DNA of 64,000 nucleotides from a virus: IMG/VR virus record IMGVR_UViG_3300047157_000126, positions 17,729 to 81,728 of that record; one strand, 5' to 3'. Shown piece by piece: positions 27,410 to 35,843 of this stretch (position 1 is its first letter; each line of letters starts with the position of its first letter). The notes under the pieces were generated by a model. It saw only the letters and a program-made list of their open reading frames with translations, ran no database searches and was not told where the DNA came from. The position numbers and the translations under genes were made by a program.

Positions 27410-28330
27410 ATGAGTGACCCAGTAACAATTTATGAAGTGGGTCCAAGAGACGGTTTACAGTCTATTTCTAAAGAAGTTCCTACTGAGCAAAAAGCGTATT
27501 TAATTGATATGTTAATTGCAGCGGGATTGGATAAAATAGAAGTTGGAAGTTTTGTGAATCCCGCTTTGGTACCTCAAATGAAAGATACCGCACTGGTTTT
27601 AAAGGGAATAAATCAAGAAGATAATCAAATTTCAGCATTAGTCCCAAACGCAAAAGGTTTAGAATTAGCAAAAGAAGCGGGTGTGAATCTCTTCAATATC
27701 TATCTTTCACCTTCTCCAGAGTTCAATACCCGCAATTTAGGTACTCCAAGTATTGATAGAATACTAGAAAGATATGAAGTTGCTCTAGAGGAGGTTTTTC
27801 CTGAACAAGTGAGGTTATACATTTCTTGTGCTTTTGGTTCCGCTTTCGATGATTATGATGAGTCTCTTTTTATTCAAATCTTAAAATGGGGGGCTGAAAA
27901 CTCTTCCACAATAGTTTTAGCAGACACTACAGGAATAGCAACTCCAAAAGAAATTACCACCGTGGTAAAAATTGCCCGCGAAATTATGCCAAATTTAGCC
28001 ATTCACCTTCACAAGCCTAGTAGTAGGAAGGTTGAATTTTCGCATTTACTGGATGCTGCCTACTTATCCGGTATTAGGGAGTTCGATACTTCTTTGGGTG
28101 GTTTAGGTGGTTGTCCTTTTGTTCCGGGTAGTTTTGGTAATTTACCAACTCGGTATTTAATTGACTGGGCTTCGGATTACGGAATTGAAATTGAACAATC
28201 TGTAGATATTGCAAAATTAGAGGCTGCTGAAATGTACCTAAAAGGAATTGTTAATATTCCGATGGCTGAAAGAGCCTATATTTATGTTTCAGGAAAACTG
28301 AGTGGTATTCGTAGAAGCCTTATCTCTTAA
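27410..28330 (+). CDS. Hydroxymethylglutaryl-CoA lyase (DRE-TIM metallolyase)
   Basis: IYEVGPRDGLQ, IEVGSFV.P..VPQM, LVPN.KG, ADTTG, HLH, GLGGCPF.PG..GN; start at MSDPV. Confidence 0.9.
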   Translation: MSDPVTIYEVGPRDGLQSISKEVPTEQKAYLIDMLIAAGLDKIEVGSFVNPALVPQMKDTALVLKGINQEDNQISALVPNAKGLELAKEAGVNLFNIYLSPSPEFNTRNLGTPSIDRILERYEVALEEVFPEQVRLYISCAFGSAFDDYDESLFIQILKWGAENSSTIVLADTTGIATPKEITTVVKIAREIMPNLAIHLHKPSSRKVEFSHLLDAAYLSGIREFDTSLGGLGGCPFVPGSFGNLPTRYLIDWASDYGIEIEQSVDIAKLEAAEMYLKGIVNIPMAERAYIYVSGKLSGIRRSLIS

Positions 28331-28675
28331 CATCTGACGAGTTTCAGCCGCTAACTGTCCGTACCTTTCATCTTTTTCTGTCAATTTGGTTTTTTGATTG
28401 CCAATTTCTCCTGACATTCTCCCTAACCCGAAAGACGGTACCCCAAATGTCGCTCCGGTTTTTGCTGCGCCTGAAACCCCAACTTTACCTGCTCCTGATG
28501 CAATTGATGGCACACTACTAGCGGCAGTTGTTGTCATAGCACCTCCACCAATTGTTCTTGCTGCGCCACCTGCTACGTGTTTTCCACCTTGTCCAAGAAC
28601 CATAGGAATAAATCTACTTCCTGCTGCCGCAACAAAAGGTATAGCAGGTGCAGCCTTGACTAGAACATAGCCCAT
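28289..28675 (-). CDS. Gly/Ala-rich protein on the opposite strand (MGYVLVK|A)
   Basis: Coherent low-complexity ORF filling the gap; N-terminus matches the second leader class. Confidence 0.55.
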   Translation of the reverse strand: MGYVLVKAAPAIPFVAAAGSRFIPMVLGQGGKHVAGGAARTIGGGAMTTTAASSVPSIASGAGKVGVSGAAKTGATFGVPSFGLGRMSGEIGNQKTKLTEKDERYGQLAAETRQMLRDKASTNTTQFS

Positions 28676-28965
28676 TGAAACCACCCAATCAGCGAAATGG
28701 TAAAAGTGTTCTGCTTGTCTCGAATACTGTGATTGAACCAGCCGACATCATAGATGACCTCTTAAAAGGTCAATTCGGATATGCTGGTAAAAGTTACATT
28801 TCTGACCGACCAAAAAAGCAAGCAAAGGCTAAAGTTCAACGATTAGCCCGGAAGGTTAAAACCCGAAAAACCAAAGCGAAGTACGCAAGACAGGTATCGC
28901 GAGGAGTACAAAGACCAAAAATGCGTAAACAAACTGGTTTAGTTAGAGTATCAAGGAGTAGATAA
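28675..28965 (+). CDS. Basic (Lys/Arg-rich) protein
   Basis: IIDDLLK|G followed by a very basic tail; start uncertain. Confidence 0.55.
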   Translation: MKPPNQRNGKSVLLVSNTVIEPADIIDDLLKGQFGYAGKSYISDRPKKQAKAKVQRLARKVKTRKTKAKYARQVSRGVQRPKMRKQTGLVRVSRSR

Positions 28966-28966
28966 A

Positions 28967-29260
28967 ATGGACGCATTTGAAATGTCATGGAACTTATTAA
29001 GAAAAGCATGGTATGATTCTGTAGATGATAGACATAGAGAGCAACCTTTTGATAGAAATGATGATTTTGCACCTTTTACAACTAGAGCAGAAAAAATGGC
29101 CGCTGCGAGGTTACACTCACAAGCAATGCGCCAAGATAATGAGCCAACAGGTACACCGCTAGATGATTATGATGAAGTTCCACAAGATGAATTTGCTAAT
29201 ATGTCTAAAGATAAATTAGTGGCTATGGTTAGAAGAATGATGCAAGAAAAGGAGATGTAA
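28967..29260 (+). CDS. Leader-bearing protein (MDAFEMSWNLLRK)
   Basis: Variant leader. Confidence 0.65.
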   Translation: MDAFEMSWNLLRKAWYDSVDDRHREQPFDRNDDFAPFTTRAEKMAAARLHSQAMRQDNEPTGTPLDDYDEVPQDEFANMSKDKLVAMVRRMMQEKEM

Positions 29261-29262
29261 GT

Positions 29263-29598
29263 ATGCGTGAAGAAAAAATGGACGGAAAAAAGAAAAAGAA
29301 AGGAATGAGTTTAGTAATTGCTGTTACTCCACCTTCTCCTAAATCACCACAAGACACAGCGACACCCGAAGCAATGAAAAAAGCCTTTGAGTTTTTGAAA
29401 GATTACAACCAAATGGGAGTTGGTGCTGGTGCTGCTCAAGGAATGAATCTACAGGCTATACGTCAAAAAGTTCACGAAATGGACGCAAGAGCGCAACAAA
29501 TGATGGCTACTGACCCACACGGTGCTTCACAAATGCGAGCAGAAGCGGATTATTTAGCAAACCAACTTCAAGAAATGATGAATGCTCGAAGACAATGA
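29263..29598 (+). CDS. Hypothetical protein with internal leader-like MKKAFEFLK
   Basis: Internal motif; Gln/Met-rich C-terminus. Confidence 0.6.
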   Translation: MREEKMDGKKKKKGMSLVIAVTPPSPKSPQDTATPEAMKKAFEFLKDYNQMGVGAGAAQGMNLQAIRQKVHEMDARAQQMMATDPHGASQMRAEADYLANQLQEMMNARRQ

Positions 29599-29607
29599 GG
29601 GGGTTAC

Positions 29608-30495
29608 ATGTTTTCCGATATAATGGTGAATTATATCTTAAAAGATGAAAATACCCTTTTAGAGCCTCCAGAAGTAAATACTTCAAAATTACCACCAGAG
29701 TTTTTTGCAGGGCACGCTTCTGAAAGATTGAGTGACCCTCTTCGTATGCATGATGAAAATGAAAGTGCAGAAGTAAAAACTAGAACTATACAAGGTTTAG
29801 TTGATGCTGGAATTATGGGACCTTTAGGTAATTATACAAAAGATGCACCTAGACATGTAGCAGTTAGAACACATTTTCTAGATTCTTTTAGAAATCCCAT
29901 TGGGGTTAATGAAAAAGGACAACGACATTCAACTGGTAATACTATTGTAAGTATTGTAAGACCTCATAAAAAACATAGAACCCCTCAAGTAAAAACTGTA
30001 ATGCTTAGAGGTAATCATCAAAAATTTGGAAGAGGTGCTGGTCCGGGTACGATGAATGTAGACCAAGTTATAGACGCCTCACCTGAAAAAATAAATACAA
30101 ATAATCCGCAAGTCGCAATAAGAAGAGCGAGAAAAGCAAAAAAGAAAAAAGCAGCAAGAGTAAGAATCCTACCACCTGTACTACCCGGTCCGGGTTCAAC
30201 TAGACCATTGGTTAAAAAAATGGTTCTAATTAAAGCACCAAAAAGAAAAATGTCTGAAGCGGCCAGACAACATAAGTTGGCCTATGATAAAAAATACGAG
30301 TCTAGTCCTGAAAGAGTGAAATATCGAGTAGATTTGAATCGTGAGCGTAGACGCAGGGGTATTTATGGTTCGAATAATAAAAAAGATATTAGTCATACTC
30401 AAGGTGGAAAGTTTACTTTAGAAAACCAAAGTAGTAATAGGGCTAGGCATTTTAAAAATCGAGGCACACTTCGCAAGGTTAAGGTGAAGAAATGA
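29608..30495 (+). CDS. Two-part protein with C-terminal HNH-like basic domain
   Basis: VNYILK|D at the N-terminus; MVLIK|A precedes ...KKDISH...ENQSSNRAR. Confidence 0.55.
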   Translation: MFSDIMVNYILKDENTLLEPPEVNTSKLPPEFFAGHASERLSDPLRMHDENESAEVKTRTIQGLVDAGIMGPLGNYTKDAPRHVAVRTHFLDSFRNPIGVNEKGQRHSTGNTIVSIVRPHKKHRTPQVKTVMLRGNHQKFGRGAGPGTMNVDQVIDASPEKINTNNPQVAIRRARKAKKKKAARVRILPPVLPGPGSTRPLVKKMVLIKAPKRKMSEAARQHKLAYDKKYESSPERVKYRVDLNRERRRRGIYGSNNKKDISHTQGGKFTLENQSSNRARHFKNRGTLRKVKVKK

Positions 30496-30662
30496 ATAGT
30501 TGCGATTGTGGTCATTGTGTGGGTATGGACACTGTTTGGAAGAAACTCTGTCCTGAAGGAAAAGCGGCAGCAAAAAGAAAGTTCAAAGTTTATCCATCCG
30601 CTTATGCTAATGGGTGGGCTGTACAATATTGTCGTGGTAAGTTTAGGGGGAAGAAAAAATGA
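30492..30662 (+). CDS. 56-aa basic protein (AKRKFKVYPSAYANGW), not in ORF track
   Basis: ATGA-coupled at both ends; the motif is common in marine phages; CxC N-terminus. Confidence 0.7.
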   Translation: MNSCDCGHCVGMDTVWKKLCPEGKAAAKRKFKVYPSAYANGWAVQYCRGKFRGKKK

Positions 30663-30820
30663 AACTTAAGAAAGATAAATGTTGTTGCGGTGGTACTAAA
30701 AAAACACCTTGTGTTTGTATGATTGAGGGTAATCAATGTTCAGTATCTTCTCCTAAGTGTCCTTGTTATGCTTTGATAGACAAGCAAAAGAACATTAAGA
30801 AAATGGTAGGCATTCTATGA
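30659..30820 (+). CDS. 53-aa Cys-rich microprotein, not in ORF track
   Basis: MKLKKDKCCCGGTKKTPCVCMIEGNQCSVSSPKCPCYALIDK...; 8 Cys; ATGA-coupled at both ends. Confidence 0.65.
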   Translation: MKLKKDKCCCGGTKKTPCVCMIEGNQCSVSSPKCPCYALIDKQKNIKKMVGIL

Positions 30821-31533
30821 CACGATGTACCTGTCATGATGTACTCATTGTAAAAAACTTAAACCGTTGGTTTAAGGAAAAATGGGTAGATGTGTCACGT
30901 ACTAAAGACGGAAAGCACCCACCGTGTGGTAGAAGCAAGGGAAAACTTTCAGGTAAAGGTTATCCTAAATGCAGACCTTCAATCAAAGTTTCAAGTAAAA
31001 CACCTAAAACATCAGTTTCTATGTCATCAGGTGAGAAACAAGCAGCGACAAAAAGAAAACGTGCGAAAAAGCAAGGTGTGGATGGAAAACCAACAATAGT
31101 TAAGACAGACTACGCTATGCGAAGCAACATGAGTGCTTTTGATGCAGCGTGGAGTGTGTTGAAATCAAATACTCTTCCTATTAGACCTAAAGTTATGCAA
31201 TACGCAACCGACCAAAAGAAAACCATGAGATTAGAGCAGCCGGGTGGTGTCGCTCGAAGTGCTAGAAGAAAACTAATGGATGAAACTCAGGCTAGAAAAA
31301 ATGATAAATTTACAGATGAACCCGACATAATGAATCAGGAAGGGGATGTTCAAACTGAGTCATATGGACTGTCCCGACATGAATTGGAGGATTTACACGA
31401 TGCGAGAATGACTCACGAACCTGTTTATCGTAATATGTTTTGGAACACTTTAATGAATAGGAAAGAATACGAGGCAGGTGATTTGGGACACTTTAATGAA
31501 TATGATAGATTATATGAACGTGATTATGAATGA
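30817..31533 (+). CDS. DUF5872-like basic domain fused to an internal leader (MSAFDAAWSVLK at 31129) and cargo
   Basis: LNRWFKEKWVDV...PCGR...YPKCRP, then a full leader motif in frame. Confidence 0.65.
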   Translation: MTRCTCHDVLIVKNLNRWFKEKWVDVSRTKDGKHPPCGRSKGKLSGKGYPKCRPSIKVSSKTPKTSVSMSSGEKQAATKRKRAKKQGVDGKPTIVKTDYAMRSNMSAFDAAWSVLKSNTLPIRPKVMQYATDQKKTMRLEQPGGVARSARRKLMDETQARKNDKFTDEPDIMNQEGDVQTESYGLSRHELEDLHDARMTHEPVYRNMFWNTLMNRKEYEAGDLGHFNEYDRLYERDYE

Positions 31534-31886
31534 GTTGGTTTGACACATGCGACTGTTGTACACCGATGCAACAAGCGTCAGCAGCATTGTTAGATTCTGT
31601 TTTTGAGAAAGCAAAAAAGAAATCAAAACCATTTCACGGTTACAATCCAAACAGACATAGTAGAAGCGGTGGACTAAATGCAAAAGGTCGAGCCAAAGCA
31701 AAAAGAGAAACAGGTGCAAACCTGAAAAGACCAGTTACTAAAAAACCAAGTTCACTAAAACCCGGTAGTAAAGCAGCAAACAGAAGAAAGTCTTTCTGTG
31801 CAAGAATGGGTGGAAGTAAAGGACCGACTAGTAAAGGCGGAAAACTAACACCGAAGGGCGCAGCGCTCAAACGGTGGAACTGTTAA
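31530..31886 (+). CDS. DUF6321-like basic protein
   Basis: GGLNAKGRA...NLKRPV...RRKSFCARM...ALKRWNC; VFEK|A near the N-terminus. Confidence 0.7.
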   Translation: MSWFDTCDCCTPMQQASAALLDSVFEKAKKKSKPFHGYNPNRHSRSGGLNAKGRAKAKRETGANLKRPVTKKPSSLKPGSKAANRRKSFCARMGGSKGPTSKGGKLTPKGAALKRWNC

Positions 31887-31889
31887 TCT

Positions 31890-31973
31890 CATTTGTCTTA
31901 TTATTAATATAGACTCTATACATATATATTAATTATTATATATATACTAATAATAAGATAAATAAGACAAATG
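31890..31973. repeat. AT-rich element flanked by a 13-bp perfect inverted repeat
   Basis: CATTTGTCTTATT (31890-31902) and AATAAGACAAATG (31961-31973) surround an almost pure A/T core. Confidence 0.75.
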
Positions 31974-32039
31974 GATAAAAACCTCGGATTTTTACTCAGA
32001 AGGGTTTAAGGTGACCCCATCCGTGGCCTTTCACAAGGT

Positions 32040-32705
32040 GTGTATATGTCTGATACAACAGATTCCGAAATTAGATTGATGGGATTAATAATAAGTCAGT
32101 CTGCATTGATTGGGGTTGCAGTTGCTATTTTTGATTCAAAATTATGGCTAGTGAATGACGAAACATGGATGAATGGGCTAAATTACTCAATGGGCGCTTT
32201 CGCCTTACAAGGTTTAGCATATTATCTATTCAAAATGTTCTTTGAAAGAAATCTTAGAGAACGTGCTAGGATGACCGAGTTTCAAAGACAACATCAATCT
32301 AGGTTCAGGAATATGCAAGTTAACTTTGACCAAAGAAGGTCTGATATGGAATTAAGAAGACAAGAAATGGAATTAGAAAAAGAATTAAGATGGATGCATG
32401 AGAATCCTGATAAGGTTATGTCACCACCTTCATTTTTAACAGAAAATAGAGATGTTAATAATATGGCTAATTTAGGATTAGATTATCATTCTACTTTTAA
32501 TCCCGGCATTCCTACACACAATACTAATATACAACAACCATTAGGTTTAGGAGTCGAATCCGCTAATATGAGAGAAATTTATCAAATGACTGATTCTATG
32601 GTAAAAGATTTACCAACTCCTCCTAAAGATGGAAAGCCAACTCAAAACGCATCTGGCATGAGGTTAAAAAAGGATGGAACACCTGACCTTAGATATAAGA
32701 GTTGA
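32040..32705 (+). CDS. Membrane protein (two TM helices + coiled coil)
   Basis: Two hydrophobic segments, a charged coiled coil, and a C-terminal KKDGTPDLRY motif. Confidence 0.7.
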   Translation: MYMSDTTDSEIRLMGLIISQSALIGVAVAIFDSKLWLVNDETWMNGLNYSMGAFALQGLAYYLFKMFFERNLRERARMTEFQRQHQSRFRNMQVNFDQRRSDMELRRQEMELEKELRWMHENPDKVMSPPSFLTENRDVNNMANLGLDYHSTFNPGIPTHNTNIQQPLGLGVESANMREIYQMTDSMVKDLPTPPKDGKPTQNASGMRLKKDGTPDLRYKS

Positions 32706-32710
32706 ACTAG

Positions 32711-32968
32711 ATGGGTAAGATATTCAAAACTCCAAAAGATGATTCAGTAGAAGAAACGCTTAGAGCCATGCATTTGGCTAATACAGTTGATAACGTATAT
32801 GAATGGGGATATGGTTGGATTAGAACTGTTGTGGTAGCAGTTGCTTCGGTTTTTATTATTAGTGCTCTTGAAGCGAATAGTGACTTTTCTTTATGGGAAT
32901 CAACAGTAGAATGGGGTTATCAGCAAATAGCAGATTTTGGCTCTTGGTTAACAAATAAATTTAGTTGA
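32711..32968 (+). CDS. Small membrane protein
   Basis: One TM segment, VVVAVASVFIISAL. Confidence 0.65.
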   Translation: MGKIFKTPKDDSVEETLRAMHLANTVDNVYEWGYGWIRTVVVAVASVFIISALEANSDFSLWESTVEWGYQQIADFGSWLTNKFS

Positions 32969-32978
32969 TTTAAGGTAG

Positions 32979-33701
32979 GTGATTACTTTGAGTATGACTG
33001 GTAGTGTTTTAGTAGGCGCTGCGCTATGGGGTCAAAATATTTACAATGCTTGGCGCCCACGTAGTGTTGGTATTTATGGAACAGCAATGGTAGGAAAAAC
33101 CACTTTGGATTCTTATATGACAACACCGGGAGAGATGTATGATATCCCTATTGATGAAAGAACTGAACATTATAAAATATTAACAAGATATATTTTACCT
33201 AAATCGACTAAAAAAAGAGTATCTTGGAAGGGTGAAAAGCGAGTTGTGAACTCTGCTGATATAGGTGGACAAGAAAGATATTGGAATCTTTGGATAGAAG
33301 ATATGGTATATCGACAAGCGGAAGCGATAATCTATATGTTCGATGAAAGGGCTTTGAAGGGTGGTGCTGAAGGTATGGAGCAAGTTGCAGGATTCAAATA
33401 TTTATGTGATGTTTTAATTTCTCGTAATTATCGTTATAGAAGCATAAAAAGTAGAATAAAAGGTAGAAAATATTCACCTAAACTGATAATGTTAGTCGCA
33501 AACAAAGCAGATAGATTTTTTGATGACAACGCCGCTTTACTTTGGCAACAAGGTAGAATAGGAGAACATAAGGTATTTGACCCCTTTAGAGATGATTTAA
33601 TTCGTTTACAAAAATCAGGAATCAGAACAAAAAGAAGTTTTATGGCTACTAGGATAGGATGGAATGTTGAAATTACAATGTTAGATTTATTAACAATGTA
33701 G
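32979..33701 (+). CDS. Ras-superfamily-like small GTPase
   Basis: G1 GTAMVGKT, G3 DIGGQERY, G4 ANKAD; hydrophobic N-terminus. Confidence 0.85.
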   Translation: MITLSMTGSVLVGAALWGQNIYNAWRPRSVGIYGTAMVGKTTLDSYMTTPGEMYDIPIDERTEHYKILTRYILPKSTKKRVSWKGEKRVVNSADIGGQERYWNLWIEDMVYRQAEAIIYMFDERALKGGAEGMEQVAGFKYLCDVLISRNYRYRSIKSRIKGRKYSPKLIMLVANKADRFFDDNAALLWQQGRIGEHKVFDPFRDDLIRLQKSGIRTKRSFMATRIGWNVEITMLDLLTM

Positions 33702-33763
33702 TGTGTACCTTTCAAGTGACCTCATCAGTAACCTTTTTGATATGGGTGGTGGTGCGCCAACTA

Positions 33764-33949
33764 ATGGCAAGAGTGAATAATGAGACCACTCTTGTGTCAA
33801 CTGGAGGAGGCTCTAATAGTCTAAGAACAACTGTTCCGATGTGGATAATTGAACAATTTAAACTTACAGCAGGAGAAAAACTAAGTTGGAAGTTTGATGT
33901 TAATGAAGATGGAGAATTGTGTGTAAAGGTGACTCCTCAACAGAAGTGA
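33764..33949 (+). CDS. AbrB/MazE-type DNA-binding protein
   Basis: SLRTTVPMWIIEQFKLTAGEKLSW swapped-hairpin signature; start reassigned to 33764. Confidence 0.75.
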   Translation: MARVNNETTLVSTGGGSNSLRTTVPMWIIEQFKLTAGEKLSWKFDVNEDGELCVKVTPQQK

Positions 33950-33953
33950 TAAT

Positions 33954-34907
33954 ATGGTATCTAATTATATCCCCGGTTATAATAATCAACAACAAATTAA
34001 TTCTTTAGGTCATTCTAACGAAACAGCATTAATGGCTCTTGCGGCACAAGGTAATCCTCAATTAAATAGAGCAGTTTTAATGGAACAAGCCGCCGCTCAA
34101 CGTTCTATGCAAGAAATGGCTTCTCAAAAAAACCTAGAAGTCCCTAAAGTTAATTTTTATCCATCAACTCATGGTAATTCTAGAAAAGCCAGAAAACAAG
34201 ATATACGTCAAGCGTATAAATTATTAAGGCCAGCAAAAAGAAGTCTAATTTCTCCAGCAAGACTTTTTGGTAGTAAATATAGGTACAATAAGCAATCACA
34301 TGTTTGTGTGGTAGATGGTTGTGATTGTAAAGAATTAATTCAATACGATAATCTTTACGAGAAAATATGTGACGATGAAACTGGTAGAAGTCTCTGGGAT
34401 ATGTATTGGCAAAATCCAGTTACTGGACAGGCTGAAGCGTTTTTAGCGATGGATAAAGTAACTAGTGGTAGAAAAATGAGGGGTACTTATTGTCCTGAAC
34501 ATTTACATTTATTTCACCTTCTTTGTAAATGGGAAACTGAAGAAGAAAGAGAATATGAAATGAATCCTAATCGTTTACGTGATAAAGTAAAACAAGGTGT
34601 TTCTATTGTTACTGTTCCTGTTAGTGTAATGCAAAAAAATGATGCAGATACACCTTTGATGTTATCGAAGTATGAGCCTTTTTTTGAATTGTTAGAAAAA
34701 GACGCTAGAGCCTATGAAGGAATAAATATCACTCATTATAAAAACCCAGAAACAGGAATAAACGATATTACTACAGTAACATTTGATTTGCGAATATTCC
34801 AAAAAGAATTGTTGGAAATAAATCAACCAACACCTGCTTTTCAACAAATTATTAATCAGCAACCTAATAACACGTCCCCCATACCGAATACACAAGGGGT
34901 GAATTAG
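33954..34907 (+). CDS. Hypothetical protein with Cys/His cluster and Gln/Asn-rich ends
   Basis: CVVDGCDC...YCPEH. Confidence 0.65.
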   Translation: MVSNYIPGYNNQQQINSLGHSNETALMALAAQGNPQLNRAVLMEQAAAQRSMQEMASQKNLEVPKVNFYPSTHGNSRKARKQDIRQAYKLLRPAKRSLISPARLFGSKYRYNKQSHVCVVDGCDCKELIQYDNLYEKICDDETGRSLWDMYWQNPVTGQAEAFLAMDKVTSGRKMRGTYCPEHLHLFHLLCKWETEEEREYEMNPNRLRDKVKQGVSIVTVPVSVMQKNDADTPLMLSKYEPFFELLEKDARAYEGINITHYKNPETGINDITTVTFDLRIFQKELLEINQPTPAFQQIINQQPNNTSPIPNTQGVN

Positions 34908-34909
34908 TT

Positions 34910-35557
34910 ATGGTAGGAATATTTGGAAATCCACATCAAACTCCACAATCCACATCTTCTCTCAATTTATCACAAACTGGGGCACCGTTTGGTCAACAAC
35001 ATCAGCAACAATTCGGTTTTGGACAACAACCAGTAGCACAGGGTTTTGTAGCGGGGCTTGGAATGCAAGACCAATATAATCAATTTAATCAATTTGCTCA
35101 ACAACCTGTAGCCCCTCCTTCTGAAACAGAGATTTTGATGGCTATGCTTGAAACATTAAATCCTGTTGAAAAGTTTATTGTAAGCGCACAAATGCCTGTT
35201 ATGATTGAAATGTTATCTAATATTTCTACATTCTCTTTCCTAAATGTATTAAAAAATGCTAAATTTAAACTAGACGAGGAAACTGGTACTCTTAGTTTAG
35301 ACGTTACAACTCTTCCTTCTGATTTACAAACATTATCTGCTGAAAATATTGTCGCTCAATTAAGTAATTTACAAAACCAATCAACAGCAATTATTCAACA
35401 AGCAGAGATGAGAAGACAACAAGTTTTGGCTATGTCACAACAATCTATGTTGCAGGGCGCGTTAGGTGCGGCGCTTGAAAATCCCGGTATGATGGAAAAC
35501 GTTGGTAATGCTGTTGGTAGTACTGCTCGTAGTTTATTATTCGGAGGTAGAGCATAA
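34910..35557 (+). CDS. Gln-rich hypothetical protein with low-complexity N-terminus
   Basis: FGQQ repeats; amphipathic C-terminus. Confidence 0.65.
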   Translation: MVGIFGNPHQTPQSTSSLNLSQTGAPFGQQHQQQFGFGQQPVAQGFVAGLGMQDQYNQFNQFAQQPVAPPSETEILMAMLETLNPVEKFIVSAQMPVMIEMLSNISTFSFLNVLKNAKFKLDEETGTLSLDVTTLPSDLQTLSAENIVAQLSNLQNQSTAIIQQAEMRRQQVLAMSQQSMLQGALGAALENPGMMENVGNAVGSTARSLLFGGRA

Positions 35558-35802
35558 TGATGTCAGGAATACCAAACCCAATTAATCAAATGAATGAAAT
35601 GGCATTAGGAATGTGGAGTCCACAACGCAGTGTAATAATTGATATGATAATGGTTCAATTAATTTCTTTGATTGTGATGATGGTAGCAGTTTTATTATTT
35701 AGAGGTGGAGACTTATCAACTAACGAGGCTACATTTTTCGTCTTTGGATTATTCTCTTCGCTTGTGTTTTTAAGTGCGGTTTACGCAAGAATAACACAAT
35801 AG
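35557..35802 (+). CDS. Small two-TM membrane protein (holin-like topology)
   Basis: Two hydrophobic helices. Confidence 0.6.
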   Translation: MMSGIPNPINQMNEMALGMWSPQRSVIIDMIMVQLISLIVMMVAVLLFRGGDLSTNEATFFVFGLFSSLVFLSAVYARITQ

Positions 35803-35843
35803 TGGTAATAATATTGAATAACAAGGTTATCATACGATAATCA

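Noticed and set aside
23632-31533. Leader as a Sec/Tat signal peptide
   Set aside because: No basic n-region plus long hydrophobic h-region, no twin-Arg; it is short, amphipathic and also occurs internally.
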